A stretch of 55,625 bases of DNA, counting the filler, from Platydemus manokwari (taxonomy: Eukaryota), in the NCBI GenBank assembly GCA_037951405.1. It is 5 parts of 5 records of this genome, joined end to end, with 100 filler letters (N's around TTAATTAATTAA, not from the genome) between each part and the next. Parts side by side here need not be neighbours in the genome. Positions count along the whole stretch, not along the records: positions 1 to 10,350 come from JBBMOY011141993.1; positions 10,451 to 24,301 come from JBBMOY011560300.1; 3 more parts are not named here. The stretch is one strand, 5' to 3'. The first letter of the stretch is position 1; every line of letters begins with the position of its first letter. Made by a program: the position numbers and the translations under genes. Of the stretch, positions 1 through 12,947 are shown in pieces. The notes under the pieces were generated by a model. It saw nothing but the letters and a program-made list of their open reading frames with translations. It had not been told where the DNA came from and ran no database searches.

Positions 1-75
1 TTATTATTATTATTATAATCATTATTGTTGTTCTTATTATTATTCTTATTCTTGTTATTATTATTATTATTATTA
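1..75. repeat. Imperfect (TTA)n/(TTG,TTC) trinucleotide microsatellite at contig start
   Basis: Direct reading: ttattattattattataatc...gttgttcttattattattcttattcttgttattattatt. Confidence 0.9.
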
Positions 76-685
76 GACTTATTCACCAAATGTCTGAATA
101 TCTAGACCATAAACTTATTTTATAAATATTAATTACGTAACATTATATATTACTATCAAATATTAATTTAATATCCAATCGATGTTTTAAGCTAAAATAA
201 AGAACTGGCGGTCAATTACAGACTATAGCAATAAACTATTATCATTCAACTAGCACATCATCCCCCATACGAAATCCATCATTCGTTAACAATGGTCTGA
301 CATCATACGTGTTCTAGTGTATTTGTGAGATACTTTTGTTTCCATACCAAATGAAAATATTATACGATTTCAAATGAAAAAACTCTTTTATCTTTATATA
401 ATGACAACAATTGGAAAGTGAGATGATTAGTTGTTTTAATTGGGAATATATTAGATAATATTTAATTGAAAATAGATTCAATGTCACCGTTTCCGTTAGT
501 GATATTAAATTAGTGATTTTAACTGAGAGTTGATATTGATTTATTAAAATAATTTATTAAACCCAATTAAAAGTAACAATTAAACATCTTAAATTCACCA
601 ATAACTAGGAATAGTTCGAAAACTGATATTTTTAATTATTTCAGCCAATCAGATTTAGCGGTATTCGACATAATGATTGTAAGTC

Positions 686-780
686 GCTACTATTTTAAAA
701 ACCACACATTGAAAACGAACCGAGAAGTCACGACATCAAATGATTTTTAAATTCAATTATTTAAACAAAGTATACAGAAT
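686..780 (+). repeat. Copy 1 of a ~90-bp diverged direct repeat (copy 2 at ~1756-1840)
   Basis: GCTACTATTTTAAAAACCACACATT is identical in both copies and similarity continues to CAATTATTTAAACAAA. Confidence 0.75.
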
Positions 781-1755
781 TAAATCCATTAAAATTTTAG
801 TTCACATTGATATTAAATATTACAAAAATCGAAGCAATTTTAGCAATATCGAACTAAATAAATAAATTAAACAAATCATGATTTATCTGCATTAAAAATG
901 CGTAATATATTTTCGATTATGGTAATATTAAGAAAGTATTGATTAATAACTATGGTGATAATATGCGTGTTTTATTGCCCTTTTGTGATTCTAATAAACA
1001 ATATTTCTTGATATCGACATTAGATAATGTCGGTTACATTATATTATTCTATGTAAAACAAAACAAATTACTTCTATAAAGGAAATTTAACGAGTACAGA
1101 TCAACATCATGTGCCAGAATTGAAACAAGTGTTTTAGAAGAGTTGCTTCAATGAAAATCAACCATAAAACAGACAAGCTTTGACATTCATTTTAATGACT
1201 TCATATTAACGCTACCAGCAATTATCGTGAATATTGTTTGTCGGTTTCAATCAAAAAACAACAATAATAATTCACAAATTGAAAATTCCCCTCTTAAAAT
1301 GAAATATTAATTTTATGAGCTTAATTAAATATCGATTATCAGAACTTTAAGTCTCACAATCTCAATATATTAATTAAATATTAATGATTGATCATCGATT
1401 TCCAATGTTGATTTGTGAGATCATATCAAAACATTTTCAAATAATTTTTTCGATTATCGTATGTATCGAGAACGTCATTGATTTTTTACGGGATAATTTT
1501 TCAGTAAACAAATCACGGATTTTGTTTATTTATTATTCTGCTGCTGAATTTACCATCTGTTGACAATTAAAAAGGGGAAAAAAATAAAAGTTGTGAGCAT
1601 ATTGTAAAAATTATTACATTAAATATCATTGTTTTAATTTTCAAAAAAATCAAAGTTAATAATTAAACAAATAGAAATCAATCCTTCTCAACTAGATCGA
1701 TAATTTATTATCCAGTCAGCGTTGACTGCTTTTCATCTGTTCAATACTGCAAGCT

Positions 1756-1840
1756 GCTACTATTTTAAAAACCACACATTAAAAACTAACTAAAAAATCA
1801 CAACCTCAAATTCTATTCAAATACAATTATTTAAACAAAT
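1756..1840 (+). repeat. Copy 2 of the ~90-bp diverged direct repeat
   Basis: Aligns by eye to 686-780. Confidence 0.75.
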
Positions 1841-4800
1841 AAATATAACTTCATACCAAATTAAATTTAATATAAAATTAAATTCTATACAAATTCCAAT
1901 CTTCGAAAATTAAATTCAATTAAAAATTCTCACAATTACATTGAAAGCAGATTAATAAATTTTGTAATATTGTAGATTTATTAAAATTAATTGAGAAAAA
2001 CAAGACTTAACACTTAACAGCCTCGATTTTCTAAACCTATTTCTATGATCATGCCTGAGCTCCTAAACGAAAATGAGTAAATAACTGGTATTCGTCGTAT
2101 CAGTGCCTATAAAATAATAGCCACGAAATATTTGAAATAGCGAACCGAAAGCTGAAACTAAGATATGCATGCCCGCACTCACTCGTAGCCAGGAATGATT
2201 TCATTTTTTCCTTTTACCAGTATACCGATGGTAATGGCTTAAAATGGTTTAAAAAATCCAAAAATACTTTATGAACACCTTATCTAGAATTATAAAGGCT
2301 AAAATTAAATAAACTATAAGTTCAACTCAAGTAGGAGAGAAAATTATTTTAACAAGAATAGCCAAAGCCAACACAAAAAAAAGATATTTAATTAGCAACG
2401 GAAAACAATATTATTTAAAATCATCTGTGTTAGCTGGTACTTTTTCAATAAATGAGCATTAAATACGATTTTTAGAATTTCAAAAAATTAACTTTATTGT
2501 AATACTTAAACAAATTAATTAAATGTTATCACTAATCATATAAATAAAATTAAATAATTATTTAAATATTTATTTATTAGAACTTCAAAATCTCGCAATA
2601 TCATTTAGAAAACTTTCGTTCTCCAATTCTTGAATTTCTGATTGATTGTTTGGTGTGAACAATTTCTGATCTTCTGTTTTGATTTTTTATGATATACAAA
2701 TTATTTCAAATCAAAGTTTGGTTTGCATAAAGTTAAATGCTGCAAAGCACCTTGGATTGATACACCGAAAAACGGCAACTGGGAAACAAACAATCCATAC
2801 TTTTGTTGGAGCAGATTAGCAAACATTTTGGCTCTCGTAAGAGCATTTATTTCGTTATTGTTGCCAGTAAAAATGACATTTTGTTTCCATCAAAATTTAA
2901 TTGTTCAAAAAGCACTCGTAATTCAGGATATTTAAACAAATCTTCGAATTTGTTCATTTAAAATCTAATTCTGAATATTTAAAATATCTAAGATTTATCT
3001 AAATAGAGTGAAGCTCAAATTTAAGTGACAGACCTTGTCTTTAACAAATGCAACTTGTTTATAGTGAAGGAAAATAGAAATCAGAAATGTGCAGAAAAAA
3101 TAAAAATACTTTATGAGAGCACAAATAATCATCTCATATTGGTCTTAAGAAATGTTTGAAAATGATTGAAAAGCCGACTGTCACGGAATGATCAATATTA
3201 AAATCTATTATAACTAGATCAATTGGCATCAAAAGACTATTAATAAATAACAATTATTATTTTAATAGTATTAAATCTTTTTGGAATTTTTTTGGCTTCC
3301 CTTGAATCATAGCAAGATCCAAAATTGAAAATTTATGGACAGAAATATTTATCACGATAATTTATGAAAGAAGAAAGTTTTTAAAAGATTATTCAAAGCA
3401 AAAAACTTGCCACACATCATTGATAAAAAATCGATAAATCGATTTTAAACAGTTTAATATTGATCGATAAAAACCATCACTGTTGTTAAGAAATATTTTT
3501 TCTATAATTTTTTCTTGCATTTCTTTGATTGAGATCGACTCTCTTGTTCGGTTTTGTATTATATTTGATTAACTATAATTACGATTAATCCATTAAGCTT
3601 CTTGTTGAAAGGGGAAAATATTTGTTTTTCTTTCTAAAACTAGTTGACAAGCATTCAAGGGCAAAATTTGCTTTCATACTTAACTCTTAAAACGATATTG
3701 GAAATCGTGGTCACCGTTTTTCTTAGTTTTTCTATTTAAATTTATTACAAAAAATATTTAATTTTAATAATCTATAATATATTTATTTGTTTGAATGGGT
3801 TATTTAATATAATTTTTGATTTGTTATTAGTATATAAAGTTCATTGCAGTATTTCGCTACAATAAGAATGTTTCATAATAAAGTGAATCATAAAATTGTT
3901 GAGTCACGGAAGATCAAGTATCAGACAAAGTTTCGAATCCATTAACTCCAAATCTTTTTCTCTCATGGATTCACTTCATTTTATATTTTTATACCCTCAT
4001 TCTAACAGTCAATATCCATTTAATTTAATTTTTTTATAATAATCAGATCTATTAAACTTGTTATCAACATCAATAGGTGAGAAAGCTTATCAGAACGAGA
4101 CTGCTTACCTGGCATGAAGGATACGATCATCGGATTTTATCTTGTTGGGCCAGAATATGGCTTTTGATCTGTTGCTGTATTTATAGAACGACAACAGCTA
4201 ATACCCAGAACGGGCAAAGAGTGCGATCGATATATCATTGTCAAGGGCAGAATCAAACCTATATTCCTAAATCATTGAATTACGAAAAACGAGATTCATT
4301 CGACCATGAACAAGAGTTACCAATTGCAGTCACAAATGAGATTTGAAAATGTCTTTGGAAATATATTCTGGGGGAGAATGTGTTCTATGTAAATAACGTT
4401 AATCAATTCCGTTATACCAAAGTTGCAGGTATACATTTATTGATTCTTACATCTTCTGATCATTTATTATGATTTGCTATATTAACAGTGTATAATAGTG
4501 CTATGATTATTTTCAGGAATTTCATTCCAAGCATATTTTGTTACACTATATATTGTTATATTAAGTATAAAATTCAATTTATATTATTATTGTCAAACTT
4601 TTGAGATACTTACCAGTTTTACAAGACCAATATTTGCCAAATAAATAGTAAATTAAATATCATGCAAGAGTAACATTAAGAAATATTTTATTCATTTGTG
4701 CTTAGCATTTGCTAGATTTATATGCTGTTGATGTCCAAAAGAATCGCAAGTTGCAATCTGTAACTTCGTTAACGCATACTAATCAGTACAACGCAAACAG

Positions 4801-7579
4801 CTCCAAAATTAGACGCAATCCAAAACTTAACTTCTAACTGGCATTCGGACATCTTTACATCAATATTTATGCTTGAAATATTTGTGCAACTTCTGTATAA
4901 GGTTTTGATTTGATCTTTTATTTCTGAAATTCCTATTGGATGTATTTATTTCGTGTATGCAAGATTTGTTAATCCTTATGTGTGTGTGCTACTGTGTCTA
5001 TATCTACTTTTCGAATTATTATTTTCCATCTAAGATAACTGTGGTTGATTGATTACCATGCATGTATGGTTGCGTAAGCTTGCAATCGCTCAAAGTCTTA
5101 AAATAAAGGGTCCAAGATGCAAAATCATTTTTCTTTTCATCTTTACTCAACAATACGTTTCTGATTCTACTAGAATGGTTCTGTAATTCGTTTTTATCAT
5201 AAGATTTCATAGAACCTGGAAATAATCTTTAGATAATTCAATGAAAGGATTGATTTTAACTATCTTCCATTTCATTCACAATCACGAATCATTTACGCTA
5301 TTTAATCATGGGAATTTGTTGTCTTTACATTTTGGTAGTATTTATTCAATTGGTTGCATCTGAGGTTAGTGTTCTAGTTCTTAACTCAAGAGTTTTAATT
5401 GATGATTCCCTTGTTCCAACCTAATATATTATATACTGATCAATAAAAGAAATCCAAACAGCAACTGATAATTTTGAGATTTCCTATTGACTGCTGGAAC
5501 AGATGTATTTCACAAGTAAGTCTGCCCATTTGCAACCTTTTATTTGATCAATGTTTTTCTTATAACCGATTTGCCACATGCTCCATATTTATAAAATACT
5601 TTTTGAATATATTAATTTTATTACTTTTCTAATCGAGTATATTTTCGAAAGTTGTCTCCATTTAATATATTCAATCAAATCATTATCATAAAAACTTATG
5701 TAATGAAAAACACATATCCTATAATTATATTATTGAAGTTCGGTCTCCTTGATTATCAGATTCATGAGTGAAAATTATTTCATATATTATTATTATTTAA
5801 CCTTATTGAGATTTTATATTATTAAAGATGGTTTAGGATTTAATTTGGTTTCAATAAATGATTATATAATTATCAAATGTTCTGTCAATCAAGTATAGAA
5901 ATATTTTACAGAGAACCTGTTCTTCAGAAGGTTTTTAATGAGTAGTTCATATCTTTAACCCAACAGTCAAGGGTTGTTGCCCCAAAACACTAGGCTATAT
6001 AAATATATCATCTAAGCTATAAATTTCAAAATAAATAAATAAATAGTAAATCAAACAATAAAGCACAATATAAAATGCAAATTTTGAATTCCAAAAGTCA
6101 TAACAAATATTTTAGAGAGCAGATGGACATTACCATTTAGATAACCATATAGTGCTTACTGAAAAAAAATTTGGAAAAGTATCTCAAAGATACAGGGGAA
6201 CTGCCAAGTAGTAACTTATATGATTTCAAGAAATTGGAAAAAAAATTATTTAATTAAGAACATAAAATTCTTACTAATAATGCCTTTATTGGAAATGAAA
6301 AAGTAACTTCAAATGCTTTCTAAAAATGAAAATGTCTTTTTAAATGGAAATATCTTCTCAAAATGTAATTTTAGTAACTCGTGTGAAACAATAGGAATTT
6401 TTATGGGTCTAAACTTTATGCGGTTGAATGAATGAGATGTGAGCGTATATAGTTGATTTTTGGGGAGTCATATATTTATTTCTATGGTTGGAATCATTTA
6501 ATATAATTTTTACATTTATTTCTATTTATGGCAACGGATAGCTTTATTTATCAACATCTTTTATTTTTGATTATATACCTATTTTTAGTAACAAATTTTT
6601 ATAATTGAAAATTTTAAAATATTCGAACAAACAGGAAATTAATGCAGTAGAATAAAATTTCATCTTGATATTTATTTATTATTTCTACTATTTTGTGATT
6701 TATGAATTTTATTTTGTAACTATTTGAAATATTTAATTTATTTTAATTTTAATATAATTTTAAACTCATTTTATGTTTCTCTCCACTCACTTGATTACTC
6801 AAATTTGGATTTACTAATATTAAATGTTACCAGAATTAAATTTATTTGATTTTTGTTTCTCGTTATTATTTATTCAGTTTATTAACTATTATTTGTATTT
6901 TAGATTTCTAACAAGCGTTCTCCGTGATGACACAAGACTATTACTATCACCGAATGTCTCTTAATGTAATTTCTATTTCATCATATAAAGACATGCTTAT
7001 TTTTATGTTTTTCTTTCTAAAGAATGACGTTATTGATTCAAATGATAATTGATGTAGACAAAATATTTGTTTTGTTCATTGATTTATACGGCGTTTGTAC
7101 ATAAAATATCATTTTAAACTACTGGTATGAAACCCAAAACGTAAACATAAAAGATCCTCATTACCCAGAATTAAATGATAACAATATTAGGTAGTGTAAA
7201 AAAGTTAATAATGACGAAAGTTTATTTAGGCTTACCAGCTGATATGAAAATGTAGAAAGAATTACAAAACCTAGTTGTATTTTAGACTATGTATTGGCAT
7301 AGTCCAATCAGTTATCCTCCACGACTGTTACAAGCAATATCATCATGAAAATTTAAAACCAATGTGGAGAATAATATAACTAATATTTACAGATAATCAT
7401 GGAATGGTAATAATTGAAGAACATTTATTTAATTTAAAAACATTAATATATAATTACATATTATGGATAATGTACCACTTTAAAACATTAGAGCCCTTAA
7501 TATAAACAATCAAAGATTAGCCATCACGTATGAACACAGAATATTGTCGACTTTAAAGTAGTACTTAAACAATCACAAT

Positions 7580-7916
7580 TCACCAATATGGTTTTATTTT
7601 CCAAGTTCGTTTTTTACATGATTGACTAACATTCCACCAATCTCTCATATAGGAAACGCCTACAGTATCTTTATTCATTGCATAGTGAGCCATTGTACAC
7701 AACCGACACCAGAAAAATGTATTTGTATCTAACTTACCATGGATTTTCCAAGCAAAATATTCATTATAGGCAGTTTTATTTCTCATCAGATATTTTAAAT
7801 ATTTCACTAATTCCATCTCGTTAGGGAAATCCTCAACGTGAATATAAGAATGTGGGGGTGCGACAAGCTTGTAATCATCCGGATGAGCGCCCATAACAAT
7901 AGGAATAACGGAATAA
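7580..7916 (-). CDS. Alpha-1,3-fucosyltransferase (glycosyltransferase family 10), terminal exon; upstream exons not identified
   Basis: The translation YSVIPIVMGAHPDDYKLVAPPHSYIHVEDFPNEMELVKYLKYLMRNKTAYNEYFAWK...FWCRLC matches the GT10 C-terminal pattern (VPIVxG...APPxSFIHVxDF...LAxYL...YxxYFxW...CxLC). Acceptor TTTCATTTAG ends at 7917; TGA at 7580-7582. The ORF-track ATG at 7930 is probably intronic. Confidence 0.9.
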
Positions 7917-10350
7917 CTAAATGAAATCATAGATTATGTTTAGGATTAATAAAATAGTATCAAGAATATATATTGTGTGTCAATTACCAATTATAATCAT
8001 TAAGGATGATAATCTTCTAGGCGTTTTTAAATGCAAAAATATAAGTTGATTACTGCCGTTATTCCTAACATAGTAATTGTCAGGGAGATTTATAGGCAGA
8101 TAAATGAATTGTTATGGTACTTGTCTATAAGTATGTTTGCTTACATGTTAATTCTTTATCAGATTCTACTTGTCAGAATGAAAGCTTTGCTGATCCGCCA
8201 TGTTGTGGCCTTTGAATTAGAATTTTCTTATCTATAATTCAACCAAATAATCCATCCAGAGACCAATTTCGTGTTCTTTGTACTCATTGGTATTTAATAG
8301 GATCCTAAAATCACAATTTCATTCGAACCAAAGAAAATTGAATCAATTTCTAAATTTGAAATTTCATTTAACGTAAGGTTAACTCGTGATCACCATTTCA
8401 AAGTTTCACCTGTGCTACATTTCAGTTTATTCCTTAGTTTTCGATGCGTTTACGTGCATCTTTTATGATTCTATTTGGTCTCACAAACTGCAACTGCCAT
8501 AAAACCCGCAGGTCTTATGTGAAAATAAATGTGAAAAATTTCATTTTATTCTCCAGTATTAGTAATTCAAATCAGGCATTGAATATTGATTCAAATTAAA
8601 GACAATTCAATTTTATATTGATACTTATTACTATCCAAACTTGCCATCTGTTCTAACAATTGAATTTTATATTGAAAACATCCTCATTGAATATTGTTGC
8701 TATGAAGGAAAAAATCAATGATAATGTTGCAAAAGAAAATCCTCAGTTTTTATTCATAACAATAAAACTGATTAACTGATCAAAATGGGAATTCTCAGAA
8801 ATATTAAATAAAATAACGAGAAAATTTACAAACCAATGTTGGAATCATTTAGTCTAAAGGGGTTAAATTTTAAAAACATTCATTTATCTCAATTAAATTG
8901 ATAAAATTATTAAATAAAATAGTTCGAAATATTCTTAATGAAATGTAGAATGAATTGAAGATTATAAGGCTGAAGCATTGTGAATATTCAGATCATATCA
9001 CCTTACAAAGTTGCTTACTGATTTATCATCAAAAAATCATTAGTTTCATTCCGTAGCCTTTCGCTGTTTTTTTGTAAACTTATCAACGAAGTTTGATCAA
9101 AAACATTCACATATGAGAAACATAAAATTTCTATAAACCATTTTTAATTTCAAAATATTCAAAATTAATATTTATTTATTAATTTTCATCAGAAAATGGG
9201 ATGAAAAAAACACTGATAAAAATTTGATGAATTCTTGAATTTTAATATGATAGAAATGAAACTTCTTAATAATAAATATTTTTACAAAACAAGAGACAAA
9301 GCGGCATGTAGATCGTAGAAGTGATTCATGTTTTGGGTTGGAATCTTTTGCTACCAATTGTCTCCAAGATCACAGGTTTTTGCATTACTAAAATTAGTTC
9401 AGATATTTAAGATAAAGTTATAAAATCGATTATTTTAATCGGTTATTTGATATAATGTTGTAATTCCATATAAAAAAAATTCCAAATCTCAGTACATTAC
9501 TGACTATCTATGGTTAAATAGTGAAAGTTAAATGAATTTAGCACAATTTGAATCTAAATATATGAAATTAATAGACAATATATGACAGTAATTAATAATT
9601 AAGACCGCAATTAACATTTCATTAACTTACCATTAAAACTTTGTTATAAATATGTCCACAATACTGTCACATATTAACAATAAATAATAAAAATAAACGA
9701 TATGATTGCTCAACTCACTTAAAGTTAGACAAAAGAACAAAATAGAGACTGCATATTCAACAACTTTTTGGCATGATAACATCCTTTACGCTTTTCCATA
9801 AAACATTTACGATTACTTGTCTCATACCCATAGAAATGGATAACTGAACTCAAGCTATGAAGCACATTGTCATCCATGCTATTGTCAAACGACATACTTA
9901 ACACGTTCAAACCTTTACTACTTTGATTGGGTCTTTAGATGTACCGGTACTGAAAGAAATAAAGTTAGAAATTTCAAAATTTTTCAACATATTTACGTGC
10001 ATCATTTACATGTAATTTTAAGAATAATATAAGTGGCGTGTTGTTCCGTTATAACTTGAGTATTGGTAAAGAATTCCATACCCACAATAATGTCTATAAA
10101 AAGAAAACTAATTAGTTTAAATATAATATAATCTACTCTGAAAAATATCGATTTAATTTTAATTATATTAATTAACTAATTTGAAAAATTGTTTAAATAA
10201 ATCATTTCAATAACGGCGACCTTTCAAAATTACATTGCCTGTGATATACAAAATATATGTTTTTAAAGATGTTATCAATGGTGGTGCTATTTTCCTCAAT
10301 GATTACTTATCTATTCATTGCCAATAGAATTGTTGTTCAATTATTATATT

Positions 10351-10450
10351 NNNNNNNNNNNNNNNNNNNNNNNNNNNNNNNNNNNNNNNNNNNNTTAATT
10401 AATTAANNNNNNNNNNNNNNNNNNNNNNNNNNNNNNNNNNNNNNNNNNNN
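10351..10450. other. Artificial contig spacer (44N-TTAATTAATTAA-44N)
   Basis: Same 100-nt structure occurs four times; the 12-mer is a palindrome giving stops in all six frames. Confidence 0.97.
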
Positions 10451-10642
10451 AAATGTCACTTCAATAAAGATTGTTAATTTCTGAATTGAATAAGATTGCT
10501 CACACATGGACACTTTGAGAATAAATAGGAGAAATCAATTTGAATTTACTGAAATAATATCAAGAATAGGGCGTTTAAAATTCGATTTGTGTTATTATTA
10601 TTATTGGTATTATAATTATAATAAATATTTTCACCAATTTAG

Positions 10643-12947
10643 AATTGGAATATCAACTTCGACTTGCCGGAACCAAATGTGGTCAATTAGAAACTCAGCT
10701 ACAAGAGCGTGAAGTGTCTATAGCTCGCAGAGAAGCCTCAATAAAGGAAACTGAATGGAGTCGAGTTCAACAATTAGAAAATGAAAAATTAGAACTAGCA
10801 AATGAAGTGGCTCAACTGCAATCAGTGATTCGTGAGGAAAAGAATTCCATATCGGGAAAACTAGTCAATTTGGAAGAGAAAGTCAAAAAGGTTTGTGATG
10901 ATAAGAGTTATCAAATTATCTGGTTTGACTAGGCGGAACATCAGGAAAAAGCTGCTGAGAAAGAAATGGAGGCAGCAAAACATAAGTTAGCTTTGACTTC
11001 GGGCGACATGAAAAATCTCAAGATGAATTTGAGCGAGTTGAAAAATAAAGTTGTCCAGCAAGAAGCTGAATTGGACGAATGCTATAATCGATTGGCAGTT
11101 TCAGAACTAGCGAAAAAGGTTGTTATGGGTGTTTTTGTTGATAGATTTTTCTAGTGAAGCTATAACAATAATAATCAATAATGATGTGCTTGGTGTAGTG
11201 TGATGTGGTGTGGTGTGGTGTGGTGTGGTGTGGTGTGGTGTGGTGTGGTGTGGTGTGGTGTGGTGTGGTGTGGTGTGGTGTGGTTTGGTGTGGTGTGGTG
11301 TGGTTTGGTGTGGTGTGGTGTGGTGAGGTGAGGTGAGGTGTGGTGAGGTGAGGTGAGGTGAGGTTTGAACGGTTTTACTATCATATGAAATAAAAATGCC
11401 TTGGAAATAGATAATCGTTACACAGAGATGGGCAATGTGCGTTACTATAAATTATTGTTATTAGAAATATTTGAACTCAGAAAGACAAATATCGAATTGA
11501 TTGATTTCATCTATAAATCATTGAGTATTGATTAATATCATCAACTCTGTAACTCTTGGCGCACTCAATGAATTGTTTTGATCAAAAATCAATAATGTAA
11601 TCACATCAATCATTTCCCAACCAATATTATAAATGACTATCATTATTTCACAAATACATTCATTCTTTGATAATATCTGCAATCTGATTGGATGAAATAT
11701 GATGTCTAACGAGATGAGTATATCGATAACTGATCTCTATTATCAGCTTTTATATCTATTGGTTGGAAATATTTCTTCATCCTCGAGATTAAATAAGAAA
11801 ATTCATTTTTACCAAAATAATAATATGTTTATTATAACACCAATTTCCATTAAAATTTTATATTTTATCCCAACACATTTGTCTACATTTTGTCAAAATA
11901 TCAAAATTCCCACATTTCTTTTTTAAAAAATATTTCAACTTTATTTTAATAATTTTAATTCCGAGAGTTAAACAGTACTGATAAACAAGATCCTTGGCTT
12001 TTACAAATGTCAGCATGGTCCATTTATTTTTTAACGTAATTTCGAAATATTTGTGATATTATGTAGATTCTAATTATTTATCGCATTTTTCAAAGATCAT
12101 TTTGTTTCCTTTAAAATACAAATCACATTATCTATTGATTTAATGAAAAATTATGGTATAACCAGTGGCTGTGTGAAATTATTGATATTATTAATTTGTA
12201 ATTTTGATAGGAAAAACTTGATTTTCAACAGCAAGTAAAAGATTTAAATAAACAACTGAAAGATCTCATGTCGGAACATGAAAAAAATACGGTCGATAAG
12301 GACAACCAATGGTTAGAGGATCGACAAAGATATCAGCAACGCATAAAAGGTTTAGAGGAAGAATTGTCTAAAAGTTTGGAAAAAACGAGATTATTACAAG
12401 AAGAACTGAGAAGAGTTGAACTAATTGATGATATAATAATTGATAAATTGATTTTATAGAAGAATAAAAAGCATTCCAATTACTTTAACAAGCAGAAAAA
12501 GCAGTTGCAAATCACCAACGCTTTAAAGGAAGAATTGAGTCTTGAGAATGAGATTCTCAAGTGAGTTTAGTTAATGATCTTTATGATCAATATATGCAGC
12601 ACCTTTCACTGAGATTTATTCATTAATAATCGATTTATGATATTTTTAGACGAAATGTACCAACTGAAGATTTTCAGCAATTATCGCGAGAACTCAAAGA
12701 TCTCCGTAGACGACATCAAGAATATCGAGCAATAATATCCCAATTCAGCCATGCAGTCCCAATCAATGACACCACGGTGTTACAGGAGTCTCGATACGAA
12801 AAAAATCTCGAACAGCTTAAGAGGCGTTTAGAAATTCTTGATGAAAAGCAACAACAGCAACTTCCAGAAGTGTTACAACTTCATGAATTGGAAAAGGGAG
12901 ATTTGGAAAAGGAGTCGATGTTCGGTCCTCGAGGAGATGACTTATAA
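10643..12947 (+). CDS. CEP83: Centrosomal protein of 83 kDa (CCDC41; distal appendage/basal-body coiled-coil protein), 3' part; 5' end beyond the contig edge
   Basis: Exons 10643-10890, 10933-11118, 12211-12414, 12460-12560 and 12650-12947 are joined by GT-AG introns (42, 1092, 45, 89 nt) into one open coiled-coil frame ending in TAA. The C-terminus KEELSLENEILKRNVPTEDFQQLSRELKDLRRRHQEYRAII...EKNLEQLKRRLEILDEKQQQQL resembles the CEP83 C-terminus as I recall it ([41 protein letters not shown]...[21 protein letters not shown]). Confidence 0.85.
11191..11364 (+). repeat. Pentanucleotide microsatellite (TGGTG)n grading into (TGAGG)n, inside a CEP83 intron
   Basis: Direct reading; it also explains the spurious His/Thr/Pro ORF at 11175-11384. 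Confidence 0.95.

Noticed and set aside
10395-10406. TTAATTAATTAA palindrome recurring every ~10-14 kb as a biological signal
   Set aside because: Always centred in exactly 44+44 N; it is an assembly spacer
11175-11384. His/Thr/Pro-rich ORF (PHHTT repeats)
   Set aside because: It is the reverse translation of the (TGGTG)n microsatellite in a CEP83 intron
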